The notes under the pieces: model-generated
What the model was told of the DNA's origin: nothing
Databases searched by the model: none
The model's input: the letters and a program-made list of their open reading frames with translations, nothing else
Made by a program: the position numbers and the translations under genes
NCBI GenBank assembly: GCA_005843835.1
Contig: SZXZ01000007.1
Coordinates: forward strand, 3,747 to 67,746
Direction: 5' to 3'
Length of the DNA: 64,000 bases
Source: Chlorobium sp.
GTDB lineage: Bacteria > Bacteroidota > Chlorobiia > Chlorobiales > Chlorobiaceae
In this document: piece after piece, positions 63,781 to 64,000 of the stretch
How the letters are laid out: every line of letters starts with the position of its first letter
Numbering within the stretch: the first letter of the stretch is position 1

Positions 63781-64000
63781 ATGGAAGAGCATACAATGGA
63801 CAGTGGATCACAGGAAGTGAAGGCTCCGGAAAGGGGCAGAAAAAAGAGTTGGTTAGGTAAGGTCGTCAGTGATAAAATGGATAAAGCGTGCGTTGTTGCT
63901 ATTGAGCGCAGGGTACAGCATCCTGTTTACAAGAAGTATTTCAAGAAAACGACCAAATTGATGGCTCATGATGAAAACAATGAAGCTGGTATTGGCGACC
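63781..64000 (+). CDS. rpsQ: 30S ribosomal protein uS17, 5' part (runs off the right edge; start 63781 or 63796)
   Basis: Manual translation ...[42 protein letters not shown]. Confidence 0.97.
   Translation, partial: MEEHTMDSGSQEVKAPERGRKKSWLGKVVSDKMDKACVVAIERRVQHPVYKKYFKKTTKLMAHDENNEAGIGD

Noticed and set aside
1-64000. CRISPR arrays, IS elements, prophage genes, rRNA
   Set aside because: No regularly spaced repeats, transposase, integrase or phage motifs, or rRNA sequence seen by inspection.

Overview
Mostly core-genome window from a green sulfur bacterium (Chlorobiaceae; inferred from bchZ, the tandem c-555-type cytochromes and gene order). Left arm, minus strand: thrS (partial), bchZ, GH3 hydrolase, deaminase, HNH nuclease, gcvPB and the yceD-rpmF-plsX-fabH-fabD-fabG-acpP-fabF-rnc operon. 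Next come tRNA-Asn, a KimA-like transporter, leuA with a Leu-rich leader-peptide attenuator, and stress genes, including a 58-aa Pmp3/YqaE gene missing from the ORF track. The centre holds a MoxR/vWA (Bat-type) system split over two divergent arms and interrupted by a ~3 kb accessory patch with a decayed DUF4266-DUF3570 module, followed by a half-length clpB. The right arm has gatB, xseB, obgE-GNAT-ptsH, a GT/methyltransferase/flippase/YfhO glycosylation cluster and the str + S10 ribosomal operons (rpsL to rpsQ, partial). I saw no integrase, transposase or CRISPR array. Best leads: the leuA attenuator, the apparently split ClpB, the YfhO-type glycosylation cassette and the dispersed Bat system coupled to a B12 radical-SAM gene. 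All family calls come from motif recognition by eye, not database searches.
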